Of a DNA stretch of 64,000 nt, positions 37,465 through 49,857 are shown one piece after another. Numbering within the stretch: position 1 is the stretch's first letter; every line of letters starts with the position of its first letter. Origin of the DNA: Gracilinanus agilis (taxonomy: Eukaryota); NCBI RefSeq assembly GCF_016433145.1, contig NC_058133.1:439277973-439341972 (forward strand), in the 5' to 3' direction. The notes under the pieces are model-generated. The model was not told the DNA's origin. It did no database searches and was given only the letters and a program-made list of their open reading frames with translations. The translations under genes were made by a program, and so were the position numbers.

Positions 37465-37685
37465 TAAGGTAGCTAGGTGACTAGACTTGGAGTCAGGAAC
37501 ACAGTTGCTATCTGTGTAACCTGGCATGCCACTTAACCTCTCTCAGCTTCAGCTTCCTCATCTATAAAATGAGTATAATCATAGCATCCACCTCACAGGT
37601 TTGTTGTTTGAATCAAATGAGATAATATGTATAAAGTTCTTTGCAAAATTTTAAATGCTATATAAGTGGCTGCTATTATTATTAT
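37465..37685 (+). mobile_element. MIR SINE
   Basis: gacttggagtcagg...acttaacctctctcagcttcagcttcctcatctataaaatgag...gctattattatt. Confidence 0.8.
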
Positions 37686-38569
37686 GGTCAGAAATGCTAG
37701 GAATAGTTGAATAAATTTTTTATCCCTTTGTTTGATAAGCCAGAGAACTCTTCATTCACTCATAGCCTAAAAAAGCTAATAATTATTTTTGTTCAGTATG
37801 AGCAGATATATTATACTTTTCAGTAGAAAATGTTTTATGCAATTATGTTTAGAAACAAATAAACCTTTGAAATTAAATGAGAATTTCTCCCAAATGAAAA
37901 TAAGTAAAATATTTAATAAGCAGGCCTTTCTTTTCTTTTATTCATTTGAATGATAGATATCTTTAAAGTTGGAAATAATGAAAAATATTATTTAATAAGT
38001 TTCATGTGGCTTTACCTTTTTTGTAGTCACTTCATCTTTTTAGATCAGAATATTAATGCAACTTGCAAAACTATTTGTAGCTCCTTATTCCTATTTCTTG
38101 ATATAAGTGACTGTATGAAGGCATTCCATATGTCCAAATTATAGGAAGTGACATGTAACTGCTCAAGTCCATTATCATTAATTTGATTAAAAGAATTAAT
38201 CATTTATATAGAAAATATTCAAGTTGAGATTTCCATCAATTGATTTGCAAAATAACATTTTTCTTGATGTCCAGTTCAACTACATATCATAATATGTAAT
38301 CTATTGAGTTGCTTTATTTAATTGCAGTACAAGATAGGAAAGTCTTGGTTTTTTCATTAATTAATTATAAAGGTTTTTAGACTTATAGGCAGTTTTTTTC
38401 ATCATGTTTTCTACAGACAGAATCTTTCAAAGTTGCTTTGCATATGACTCACCAGATTATTTTACAAATATTGATGGTTTGCAGATAAAAACAAAATGTT
38501 TTCTGTTGAATGAAGCCTTTTATGCTTAGGAATTTGGTAAGCAATCTTATTGTATAAGCAATCTATTTT

Positions 38570-38762
38570 TTTTTAAACCTTTATCTTCTGTCTTAAAATC
38601 AATACAAGTATGGGTTCCAAGGCAGAAGAGCAAGAAAGCCTAGGCAATTGGGGTTAAGTGACTTGCCCGGGTGACAGCTAGGAAGTGTCTGAGATAAAAT
38701 TTGAACCTAGGTCTTTCTGACTCCAGGCCTGGCACTCTATCCACTAAGCCACCTTGAGGTCC
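38570..38762 (-). mobile_element. Older SINE1-like SINE
   Basis: T-tail, aaaccttttatcttctgtc...gttaagtgacttgccc...ctctatccactaagccacct. Confidence 0.85.
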
Positions 38763-39084
38763 TTTTTGCTTACACATTATTTTTTTAGTTTGTTTTTAAT
38801 TATCAAAAACCATTTAATTTTTTTCTGGAAAAATTACTTATCTGGCCAGAATATTTTGCATTGTATACTTTTAGCATGTTTTGATTTACTGGGCTTTATG
38901 CACTTCTATAGGTAAAATGTTTATGTAAAACAGGCATCTTTCCTTTCTGTCAGTAATAGTATTTATTAATTTTAATAATAGATTTTGTGGATTGTATTTT
39001 TTTATTGCCTTGTGATTTTTACTTACTATTGGGATCACTGGAACAAAGGTCATGGACAGTTTAGTCATTCTTTTCTTTTTTAAA

Positions 39085-39480
39085 ACATGATTGCAATTTG
39101 CTTTCCAGAATAGCTGTCCTAATTCAGAGTTTTACAGTAGTCTACTAATCTTTCTTCCCATAATCCCTCCAGCACTAATTAGTCACATTTTTACCTACTT
39201 GTTGGGTATGAGTTGTTTTAATTTTTATATCGCTTATTAAATCATTTGGAACAATTTTTCATATACTTGTCATATTTTTGAGAATTGTTCATATCCCTAG
39301 ACACAATTAATACTAATATATAAGACCAAGACAATTGTACTTGATCTTATATATTAGTATTAATTGTGTGTGCATGTGTGAATTAGTATTTGTAGTAGTA
39401 GATATGTGAGAAATATTTTTCCCAATTGATCATTTATCCATTTTGAGCTTATTTTGCTGTATGATAGAAGTTGTTACTCT
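39085..39480 (-). mobile_element. Degraded L1 ORF2 fragment containing a 69-nt palindrome
   Basis: atttgctttccagaatagctg...ccataatccctccagcac...tttgagaattgttcatatccc antisense L1 motifs. Confidence 0.6.
39301..39369. repeat. Near-perfect palindrome / hairpin
   Basis: 30-bp arms 39301-39330 and 39340-39369 pair with one mismatch; the centre acaattgt is self-complementary. Confidence 0.97.
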
Positions 39481-39574
39481 ATACCTAATTTCTGCTAAAC
39501 TCCTTCCCATTTTTCTTGGAAAATTTTCTCCAAGTAATTTATATCCTCTGACTTATAAAATGCTGTGTTATTGT

Positions 39575-40215
39575 GTTTGATTTGTTTCTGATGTTGGCAT
39601 ATACAATCTTGCCTGTCTCCTTTCCTGCTATCTACAAACAGGACCAAATCTTCATTCTGAAAAGAACCCTCATATCACTTCCCTACTTGACAAACTCCTG
39701 TGGCTCCCTATTTCCTTCAGAATCAAATATGAATTCTTGTTTTTGCTGTAAAGTTGTTCATAATCTGGCCCTAACCTATGTTTTGCAGCCTTATTACAAA
39801 TTAGTATTTTTCTGTGCAGCTAAACTAGCCTTTTTACTTTTTCTCATACACAACATTGACCTCTGTGCCTTTGCACTTGTTGTCTCCTGTACTTATAATT
39901 TACTCCCTCATTTCTTCTGATTCTTAGAATCCCTGTTTTTTAAAATTTCAACTAAAATACCATCTTATACAAAAAAGCCTTTTGTGATCTCCTTTTGCCT
40001 TCCTCTGGATCCCCTTATATCTATTTTGTATATATGTGTATGCATATACATAAAGTTACACATATTTATATTTAAATATGCACACATACACATTCACACA
40101 TGTACATATGTCTCCCCAGATCAGATTGCAAGCTTCCTGAACTCTTTTGTTTTTTGTTTTTTAGCCTCTAGCACATAGTAGGTCTTTAATGATGCTCCAT
40201 TGATTAGCTGACTGT
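39575..40215 (+). mobile_element. L2 LINE 3' portion
   Basis: aaactcctgtggctccctatt...ggccctaacc...gccttttgtgatctcc...gtctcccc...gattgcaagcttcctga...gcacatagtaggtctttaatg. Confidence 0.85.
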
Positions 40216-40414
40216 TTATTCTGCTGATCTACTTTTCTGTGTGCATAGCTTTTTTAAACAAGTTGTTAATAGTTTTGATGACTTATGCTTAACAATATCA
40301 TTTGAAACCTAGAAAAGGTATATTTCCCCTTTACTCCTCCCCACACATTATTTCTCTTGAGATTATATACCTTATTTTCTATCAAATGAATTTAAAAAAA
40401 AACACTTTACCATC

Positions 40415-40845
40415 AGGAGCTGCTATGTAGCTCAGTGGATAGAGAGCCAGGCCTAGAGACTGAAAGTCTTGGGTTCAAATTTGTTCTCAGACACTTCTAT
40501 TAATATAAACATTCTCTGGAGACTGTATGTTAATTTATAATTATTGAATAACTTTTAAAAAACAGGCCAGAGAAAGAAAAGGTACCAGCCACATGTGAGC
40601 CTCTGAGAGCTGGGCCAATGCACATACTTGCTCTGGGTGCCCAAGAAAAAAAACTCTCACTTCTTCCTGATACTCCAATTTATACTCCTCATAAGGTCCC
40701 TTTGGAATTAGATTGCAGGTTGGAGGGCAGGGCATGTAAAAAATGGCCTCGCTTGTGGGAAAAGCAGCACCCTGGGGTCCCTCTACTATGTCTTTGCCAA
40801 CACAGGCCTACAGTATTGATTCTATGACAGATGGTAAAGGTTTTT
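40415..40845 (+). mobile_element. SINE1-like SINE split by a ~310-bp non-SINE segment
   Basis: Head 40415-40498 (to ...cagacacttct), tail ~40809-40845 (tacagtattgattctatgacagatggtaaagg); the SINE middle is absent. Confidence 0.75.
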
Positions 40846-40847
<2 letters not shown>

Positions 40848-40879
<32 letters not shown>

Positions 40880-41071
40880 CCAGCAACTTTATCCTCTGTC
40901 TTCAAATCAAAACTAAATATAGATTCCAAGGCAGAAGAGTGATAAGGGCTAGGCAATTGAGGTTAAGTGACTTGCTTAGGGTCACATAGCTAGGAAGTAT
41001 CTGAGGGCATATTTTAACCCTGGGCCTCCATCTTTGGGTCTGACTCTATCCACTGAGCCACCTAGCCGCCC
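40848..41071 (-). mobile_element. SINE1-like SINE with a ~29-nt T run
   Basis: poly-T, aaaccc...gttaagtgacttgcttagggtcacatagc...ccactgagccacctagccgccc. Confidence 0.9.
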
Positions 41072-41179
41072 TTACCAAATAAAATTTAATTTTTTATTGG
41101 GTCTACAAAATTTTCCCACTGTAGTTTAGCAAATTAAGACAGGATTTAGTTTATAAGTTATGTAAGTTTATAAGTTAAG

Positions 41180-41700
41180 TTAGATGGTATTCCCATATAC
41201 GTCAAAATATTTATAGCAACAATTTTTTGACAATTAAGAATTCGAAACAAAGTAGATGATCAGTTGGGGAATGGCCAAACAAATAGTGGTACATGAAGCT
41301 AATGCAATAGTACTGTGCTGTAAGAAATGGTAAATGTGTTGAATATAGAGAAGCATGGAAAGGCCAATACGAACTGATGCCAGAGCAAAGTAAGCAGAGC
41401 CAAGGAAACAATACATACAAATGACTATAACAATGTTAGTGGAAAGAACAATCTGATACATAGAAGAAAATCAAAAGTAATTATAACAAGATTATAAAAA
41501 TCAAGCAGGAATCTACTTAGGAAAAATGAGAAGATACTCCAATTAACTCTCTTCATGGAGGTGGTGATCCACAAATGTTAGACATTGCATATTTTTTCTA
41601 TACCTTTTCAAGGTATCAGTTATACTAATTCCCCCTTCCCCTTCTTTTAAGGGGGGAGGATCATGAGTGATAGGATGCTAGAAGAAATAGAATAAGTAAA
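41180..41700 (+). mobile_element. Old L1/HAL1-type 3' end
   Basis: caaaatatttatagcaac...ggggaatggccaaacaaatagtggtacatg...tgtaagaaatgg...gaactgatgccagagcaaagtaagcagagcc. Confidence 0.75.
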
Positions 41701-43254
41701 TAACTTATTTTAAAGAAATTGAGATGCCACAATTTGTTATATTCATGTGGTACAATCATGAGCACTGAATATCACTCTTAATTTTTTGTTACTCTTTCAA
41801 TTATATTTATAGGTTTTAAATATATCCTAGTAGATCGACTCACAGGCAGTCCATTTAAAATTTTTAAATAATATTTTATTTTTTACCCAGTTATTTCTTA
41901 TAGATAGGAATAAGTTTTAACAGTCATTTATTTAAAATTTTTAGTTTTAGATTCTCACCTTCCCAACCCTTCTCCCTCCCTAAAATAGATTTTACATGTA
42001 CAATCATGTAAAACATTTTTCCATATTAGTCATTTTTGCAGGTGTTTTATAGTTGTAATTATTTGAAACGAGAGCTCCTTTCCTATTAATCTTTTTTTTT
42101 GTTGTTATTATTTTGATGTGTTGTTGATTTGTGGACTTATTTTGTGTCACTTAATATTGGACTTAGGTTCCTTAGGCCTCCGTTTTCTCATCTGTAAAAT
42201 GAGGGTAATTGGACTAAATGACAGTCTTGGGACCCAATTCTAGATCAATGATTCTGTGGTTTTGAAACTATTATGTTATTTCTTTGTTGGTTCCTTGAGG
42301 TTTTAAATTTTTTTAAATTGCTTTATTAGGAAGGCTCCTTGAATAATTTTACCTTTGGTTTTAAAGAGAATTCTTTTTTTTAAAATCATTTTTAAAAAAG
42401 ATTCTTCTTATATGTCTGTTTTGTAGGGATTTTATCACAGATGAGTGTTGTACTTTATTACAAGCTTTTTCTGCATTTATTGATATAATGATGATTTTAG
42501 GTGTTTTTATAATATGATTAGTTTACCTTCCTAATGTTGAGCCATCCTTGCATCATAAATCCAATAATTATCTTCTCTTTTTATTAGTTACATGATTTGA
42601 CAATAAAGAAGTTGACAATTTAAAGCCAATGAAAGATTTAAATGATTACTACTGTTGAGCGAGTTCTTTAAAAGTAGGTTTTTAAAAAAAAGAACCTGTT
42701 TGTATTGCATTTTTTAAAATGTTATTAATATTGTTATAATCCCATGGAAATTATGTAACTTAAAACTTTGCATTGAATTGCAACAAGCAAAGTGCTTACT
42801 TAACTCATCCATGTCATGAATCTTTGCTTATTGATAGAGGGATAGCAGACTTTTGTCAACACTGAGAAGTTTACTTGCTTTGTGTATACTGTATTTTTTC
42901 CCTATCTTCCAAAAACTATTTTAGTCAGTAGGCCAGGTTAAGTCTCACTTTACTTTGATTTGAACTTTGTTTCCATAGAAAAAAGTGGATGTATTTGTAT
43001 GAGGGAGTTATACTTGAAAATACCCGTTCATTTTGTACATTGTTTCTCATTTCCCTTGAAAAGATTTCATTCTCCCCACTCCCACTTCCCCAAACTGGGC
43101 CATAGATTCTTTTGGTATTTCAATAGTGAAACTAGTTACATCTAGTTTTGCCATAAAAGAAAGAAACTTTTTTAGTAAGGAGAATTCAAGACAAGTCTTT
43201 CTCATCTGTGATTATTCAATATTGAGTGTTTCTTTTTGCATTTCTTTTCTGTTT

Positions 43255-43470
43255 CTGAGTGGTGCAATGGATGGGGGTGTTGGACTAAGAGTCAGGAAGA
43301 CCCGAATTCAAAACACATTACTCTATAGCTCTGATCCTAGACTAAGCCACTTAACCTTTATCCTCAACCTCAATTTCATTGTCTAAAAAGAGAATCTGCT
43401 TAACAGGGTTGTTGTGAGGAAAAATGAAATCAACATATGTAAAACACTTTTTTAAACTTTACAGTACTAT
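43255..43470 (+). mobile_element. MIR SINE
   Basis: ggactaagagtcaggaagacc...aagccacttaacc...agggttgttgtgagg...atataaatgtca. Confidence 0.75.
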
Positions 43471-44270
43471 ATAAATGTCAACTACTGTTGTTTCCCAAAC
43501 CAAAATTAATTTGTTTTGTTGTTCTCTTATTAATCCAGAATGTAAAAAACTGAGATATTTAAATTTTGTGCTGTATAAACCAGTTATTGATTCATCATTC
43601 TTTTTTATTTCTATTCTGTTATATAATGTGGTGGATTTTAAAGATACTTGTTTCATTTTATAAATATCATAATTATATGTATATATAATTCAGGTTTGCT
43701 TCAAAATATAGATGAGAAAATGCACCTCCCTTCCATTTTTGCAGAAGTTGAAAGTACTCAGAATATATGAAATACTGTTTATGCTAGACTTAATTGATGA
43801 GTTTGGTTGGTTTTATTGAACAGCTTTTTTGTACCCTTCCTTTTTAAAAAATTCTTGATTACAGGGGATGGAGAAGGTATGTATACAGAAATGAAGATGA
43901 TGCTAAAAATATATATTTAAAAATGGGAGGGAGGGAGAATAGAAATATTTTAAGTATCAAAAATGTTGTCTTGCTATATCCCATACCAAATAATTGGGGT
44001 AAATATATTTAATCACAGTAGGACAAGAAGTGTGGGATATAGTAGAATGAATGGATTTAGAATCAGATGGTCTGATTTTGACTTTTGATACTCAATATCA
44101 GTATTTTCTTGGGAGCAATAATCATACTTTTCTTTATTTGTTTCTGCTTTTAGAAAATAGGTTGGAGTAGATTACAGCTCAGAATTTATGATTCTTTGTC
44201 AGAAGTTGGCTAAAACATTTGCAAATAAATATTTAGGATTTTAATATGTTTTTTTTTTCTTATTTTATAG

Positions 44271-44386
44271 GATCAGTTTGATAACCTAGACAAGCATACA
44301 CAATGGGGTATTGACTTCTTGGAAAGGTATGCAAAATTTGTTAAAGAGAGGATAGAGATTGAACAGAACTATGCAAAACAGTTGAG
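44271..44386 (+). CDS. FNBP1L: FNBP1L exon 2 ([39 protein letters not shown])
   Basis: T-rich acceptor ...tattttatAG at 44269-70; 116 nt open frame; donor GTAAGT at 44387; F-BAR sequence matches FNBP1L (IDFLERYAK) rather than FNBP1 (IDILEKYIK). Confidence 0.98.
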
Positions 44387-44624
44387 GTAAGTTAATTTTC
44401 TTTATATCTATTAAAATACATAGATTAATAATAATGATGATGATTATTTTTGAGATAATTGGTAGATAAATGTATAATCAAATGAGAAAATTTACATTCT
44501 TAATTTACACGATATCATTTGTTACTTTTCATGCCTGCTTGACTTTTCCCCCTGGATGCTTAGGCTTATTAATATGAATGATCACTTTTCTTTTTGTTCT
44601 TAAACCTAGAAGAATTTTTTTTAA

Positions 44625-45500
44625 ATCCTGGAATGGAAGAAACCTTACTAGAGCAACTCAAATCCAAATAGAAATCCCTTCTTCAATATCTCTGACAAGT
44701 TAAGTGGGTCACCCATGTTCTGCTCAAAAGTCTTCAGTGATCAGTGGAGTGAGAGTCAGGCCTAAGACAGGAAGTCCTAGGTTCAAACCCGGCCTCAGCC
44801 ACTTCCCAGCTGTGTGACCCTGGGCAAGTCACTTGACCCCCATTGCCCACCCTTACCAATCTTCCACCTATGAAACAATACACCGAAGTACAAGGGTTAA
44901 AAAAAAAAAAGTCTTCAGTGATGATGAACTTCTACTTGAAGCAGCTTTATTCTAATTTAGAATAGTAGTGACTATTAGAAAGTTTCTTTATATCAATCTA
45001 AAATCTGCCATTTCTGTTTCCAGCTGTTATTCCGATTTTTGTCCCATGGTGGCTAAGCAGAAAAAGTTTAATCTTTTTTTCTATATGATAGTCTTCAGAT
45101 ACTTGAAAATTGCTATTATATAGCCCTTAAATCTTTTTTACTGCAAGTTAAATATCTTCATTCAGCTGATCTTATGGCTTGATTTTTTTTTTTTTATTTT
45201 AATTCCACTCATTGACTATCTTTGCTTCCCTTTTCTGGATGTTCTCACATTTACCAATACTCCTTCCTGAGAAGTCATGCCCAGAACTGAATATAGTATT
45301 CTAGATATGGTTTGTCCATAATCCAGTGTACAGACTGTTAATGCAGTCTAAGGCCACATTAATTATTTGTTTCTTTTTCCTTTTGTTATGATTTTGACTC
45401 TTAATCTTGTGTACTACAACTCTTTTAACACATATTTTCTGTTTATGAAGTTGATTTTAAAAATCTAAGTATAGGGTTTATTATTTATCTTTATTACATT
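44625..45500 (-). mobile_element. L3/CR1 fragments, host of the SINE at 44742
   Basis: cccttcttcaatatctctgacaag...cttcagtgat...ctattagaaagtttcttt...cccagaactgaatatagtattctagatatggt antisense CR1 motifs. Confidence 0.6.
44742..44906 (+). mobile_element. Very young SINE1_Mdo-type SINE, slightly 5'-truncated
   Basis: Perfect 16-bp TSD aaaagtcttcagtgat (44726-41 / 44907-22); CpGs retained; caccgaagtacaaggg tail. Confidence 0.97.
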
Positions 45501-46493
45501 TATTTTCCTAGATTTGGTTCGTATTTCTAGCTTTTTGAGATTTTTCTATATCTTGACATTATTATCTGTTGTATTTTCCTATTATTCTCAACACTTTTTC
45601 TTTCTTGTCCTCTATCTTTCCCAGCTTGGTAGTATACTCTTTGATCTAGTCTCAATACTAATCTGCATGCAAAGTGTTAAACCCGCTATATTTTTCCATC
45701 CTGGGCTAATTTGGCCTTTCTTAAGGCAGGGTGTGGTGGTTCTTCACTCTTGGGGGCTCACAATATTGGCACTAGACACCTGATCAGCTTTACTACTTCT
45801 GCAATTCAGAATTCTCCAACTCAAACCTTCTACCAGTCTCAGGTCTTTTAAGCAGCAAGGACTACAAGTAATCAGCTACTATACTTGTTGCAGACAACTT
45901 TAAAGTTTAATACCTTGAATGTTCCTTTTATCTTTTAAGTTATTTCTTACTTCTACTCATCCATTTTCAATTCTTCCTTAAGAGATGTAATATTAAATAG
46001 GAACTTTTATTTAACTATATTTATTTTTCATTTGAGAAACTATCAGCAGATTATAGGCTCATAGGGAATACAATGATAAGTTTAGAACTAAGGAGCACCA
46101 GAGGCTATCTAGGTTAGCCCCCTTATTTTACAGATAAGGAAACTGAAATCTGGGAAGGGTAAAGGACTTGTAATCGCACTAAGTGGCAAGGTTAGAATTT
46201 GAACACAGGTCTTCTAACATGCTATCTTGCCACCTTTTTAAAAATAAGTCTCTCCTCTTGTTTTTAACAATGTTATAAAAATGTTGGAATCAGATGATGT
46301 AAATATATTTCTGTCTGGTTTTTGACTATAAATTTTTATTTAATCCTTTTGGTTTTCATCTCTTTTTAACCTGTCAGCCTCCTGGAGGGAAAGGAAGGGA
46401 TGTGGAAGAAAAATAAACATATGGCTTTAATGCCCTGTGCCTCTTTTTCCTTATGACATTTAAGATGTCTTCTTACTTCCTGGTGTAATTATT

Positions 46494-46693
46494 TTTTTTA
46501 TTAGTTTTTTTTTTTTAACCCTTAACTTCTGTGTATTGGCTCCTAGGTGGAAGAGTGGTAAGGGTGGGCAATGGGGGTCAAGTGACTTGCCCAGGGTCAC
46601 ACAGCTGAGAAGTGTCTGAGGCTGGATTTGAACACCTAGGACCCTCCGGTCTCTAGGCCTGACTCTCAATCCACTGAGCTACCCAGCTGCCCC
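46494..46693 (-). mobile_element. Young SINE1_Mdo-type SINE (short tail)
   Basis: Perfect 17-bp TSD ttcctggtgtaattatt (46477-93 / 46694-710). Confidence 0.97.
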
Positions 46694-48350
46694 TTCCTGG
46701 TGTAATTATTATAGCATTTGACCTACATTTGTTTACTTGAGAGTCAATGAGTGGAATGCAGGACTTGGAAATTCAACTCTATATAACTTATCTTTTTTAT
46801 TTCTTGTAATCTTTGTAATGTCTTGCACTTAATAGTTTTCTTTAGACTTGTTTACTCAGCGTTTTCACTCCAGTTCAAATAAATACTCCAATCCCAGAGC
46901 CTATAACCTGATTTGAATATTAAGTATTCCTTCTATATTTGACTTACCTGAAAGAGGATCAAAGAATGAACTTGTAAATATTAAGAAATTAAGTAAGCTT
47001 TAAGGAAATCTTTTTGTATATAGGTTATTAGTTTTTAGAATAGACACTATAGCTTCAAATGAGAAACAATTGAATAGTCTTACTTTGTTGAAAACAAATA
47101 TTTATAAAGGTAGGACCAAGATAGTAGAGAAGCAGGAAAGAGAACTTTGAATTCCCCGTCCCCTTCCCCACAGACAGCTTCTTCAGATAGATCTAGGAAA
47201 TGTACCAGACCATATCATGATCAAGAAATACAATTAAAAAATCACAGTGAGTCATTTTTTTAGCTCACCTCATCATAGGGAGACAGAGGAGTCTGGACAA
47301 TAAGGACAGGATCTGTCTGGTAGTGTACTGAATAGAGCATTCTAGTACAAGGAAAAGTTCTTCACAAGGGCAAAAAGAGTTCTCACATATAGGCTAGCGA
47401 GCCTTAAACTTATGAAGGGTGTGGTAAAGGTGCTAACTGGCAGCTGGATTATTCCCTACTCAGTTCAGGGTCCCAGATCCAGAACTTACCGAGGAGGTGG
47501 TCTGCACTTAAGGGTTCCATTCCAGGGTGAGGAGTATATGGACTTTAGTTTGTATACTGATAGGAGTAAATTTAGAAGCTAGCAGCACTGATATTACTGT
47601 AGCAGAGCAGGGTTTCAATTCTAGTTTCCAATCCAATCTGAAGCCTACTGAGGAATAACCAGGGCAGGAATCTCAGACAAAAGGGAAGTTGCCTCAAGGA
47701 TTATTTCTCTGAACCAGTTGAACTTTCCAATTGGCTAATAGTGGCTGAGCCCAACAACAATTTATTGTATTCTCCAAATGGGATAAGCCCATAGATTTAG
47801 ACATAAATCTAGGTGAGGTCCTTGTAGAGCTGTATAAGGTAGAGTAGCAATCAGACTTCACCATGAACCAGACTTCTTCAAGAGTAGGGAAAACTTTCAG
47901 GTCTCTAGCTTGAGATGTCCCTTAGATCCTAGAAAAACACAACACTCAGTTCTCCAAGGAAATAGCAGAAGAACCAGCCCAGACCTTCCCACCAAAAGTG
48001 GACAGAGCCTAATCCCAACATAAAGGCCAAAGTCAAGAAGTAGGCTGAAAGAATGACAAAACGAAAAAGAAGAATCTGGCCATAAAGACTATTGTGTGAT
48101 AAAGAAGTTCAAGACTCAAACTAAGAAGAAAAAAAAAGAATGATTCTAATAAAATCTATAAGCAAAGCCTCATTGTGTAAAACATAGCTTGGCCACAAGA
48201 ATTCCGGGCAGAGGTGAAGCTAGAATTTTTAGTTACCACCTCTCTCCCCATATATACTTAAAAAAAAATAAATGAAATGAGTGCTAGAGGAAAAATTATG
48301 GAGAGGGATTTAACATCTTGGCATAAAAGTTATAAAACTTGCCCATGCAG

Positions 48351-49328
48351 GTGTGGCAAAATTGGGACACTAATGCATTGTTAGTGGAGTTGCGAATTGG
48401 TCCAACCATTCTGAAAGGCAATTTGGAGCTATGCCCAAAGGGCTTTAAAAGATTGCCTACCTTTTGATCCAGCCATACCTGCTGGGTTCATACCCCAAAG
48501 AGATAATAAGGAAAAAGACTTGTACAAAAATATTTATAGCCGCATTCTTTGTGGTGGCAAAAAATTGGAAAATGAGGGAATGTCCTTTGATTGGGGAATG
48601 GCTGAACAAATTGTGGTATCTGTTGGTGATGGAATACTATTGTGCTCAAAGAAATAATGAACTGGTGTATTTCTATGTGAACTGGAACTCCAGGAATTGA
48701 TGCAGAGTGAAAGGAGCAGAACCAGGAGACCTTTGTACACAGAGACTGATACACTGTGGTACAATTGAATGCAATGGACTTCTCTACTAGCAGCAATGCA
48801 AGGATCCAGGACAATACTGAGGAACTTATGAGAAAGAATGCTATCCACATCTGTAGAAAGAACTGTGGGGGCAGAAATGCAGAAGAAAAGCATTTACTTG
48901 ACCACATGGTTTGATGGGGATATGTTTGGGGATGTAGACTCTAAATCAGTGATTCCCAAACTTTTCTGGCCTACTGCCCCCTTTCCAGAAAAAATATTTC
49001 TTAGCTCCCTGGAAATTAATTTTTTTTTTAAATTTTAATAGCAATCAATAGGAAAGATAAATGCATCTGTGGCCATCACTGCCCTCCTGGATCACTGCAG
49101 CACCCAACAGGGGGTGGTAGCGCCCACTTCTAGAATCACTGCTCTAAATGATCACTTTTGCAAATATTAATAATGTAGAAATAGGTCTCGATCATTGCTA
49201 CTCATAAAACCCAGGGGAATTACTCATGGGCTCTGGAAGGGGGGAAGGAGAATGGGAGGGAAAGAACATGAATCATGTAACCATGGAAAAACGGCCCAAA
49301 ATAATTAACTAAATGAATTTAAAGAAAC
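48351..49328 (+). mobile_element. 5'-truncated younger L1 nested in the HAL1-type ORF1
   Basis: ORF2 C-terminal remnant (ORF 48464..48700: KTCTKIFIAAFFVVAKNW...CPLIGEWLNKLWY) plus 3' UTR; TSD acttgcccatgcag (48337-50) / actttcccatgcag (49331-44). Confidence 0.92.
48947..49141. mobile_element. Charlie-type hAT MITE (195 bp) nested in the L1 3' UTR
   Basis: TIRs cagtgattcccaaa / ttctagaatcactg; perfect TSD CTCTAAAT (48939-46 / 49142-49); same family as 18462-18673. Confidence 0.95.
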
Positions 49329-49806
49329 AGACTTTCCCATGCAGCAACTCTGAATATTAGAATGGAACAAATATAAGTTAGTGACTCTATAGACAATGAG
49401 AAATATTCATAAAAAATCAAAAGACTGAAAAAAATAGAAGAAAATATAGCATGAGCTATCTCATTGTGAAAACAATTGACTTAGAAAACAAATTATGAAG
49501 AAATATTTCAGTGATTCATGAACTACGAATTCATGAAAACTATGACCAAAAAAAGAGCCTTATGATTTTAAGAAATCCTAAGAGAAAACTGTCCAGATCT
49601 CTTAGAGCATAGGCAAAGTGAAAATAGAAAGACTCTTGGTTACCTACCTCTTAAAAGAAGCCTCAAAATGAAAACTCCCAAGAACATTATAACCAAAACC
49701 CAGAACTTCCCACTTCAAATTAAAAATATTTAAAGCAACCAGAAAGAAAAAGTTCAAATACTGAAGAGCTGCAGTTAGGATCATACAAGATTTCACAGGT
49801 ACCACT

Positions 49807-49857
49807 TTTTTTTTTTTAAACCCATACCTTCTGTCGTAGAGCTACCCAGCTGCCCCC
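49807..49857 (-). mobile_element. Internally deleted mini-SINE (head fused to tail)
   Basis: Minus strand reads ggggcagctgggtagctc|tacgacagaaggtatgggtttaaa-polyA; TSD cacaggtaccact / catagctaccact (11/13). Confidence 0.85.
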
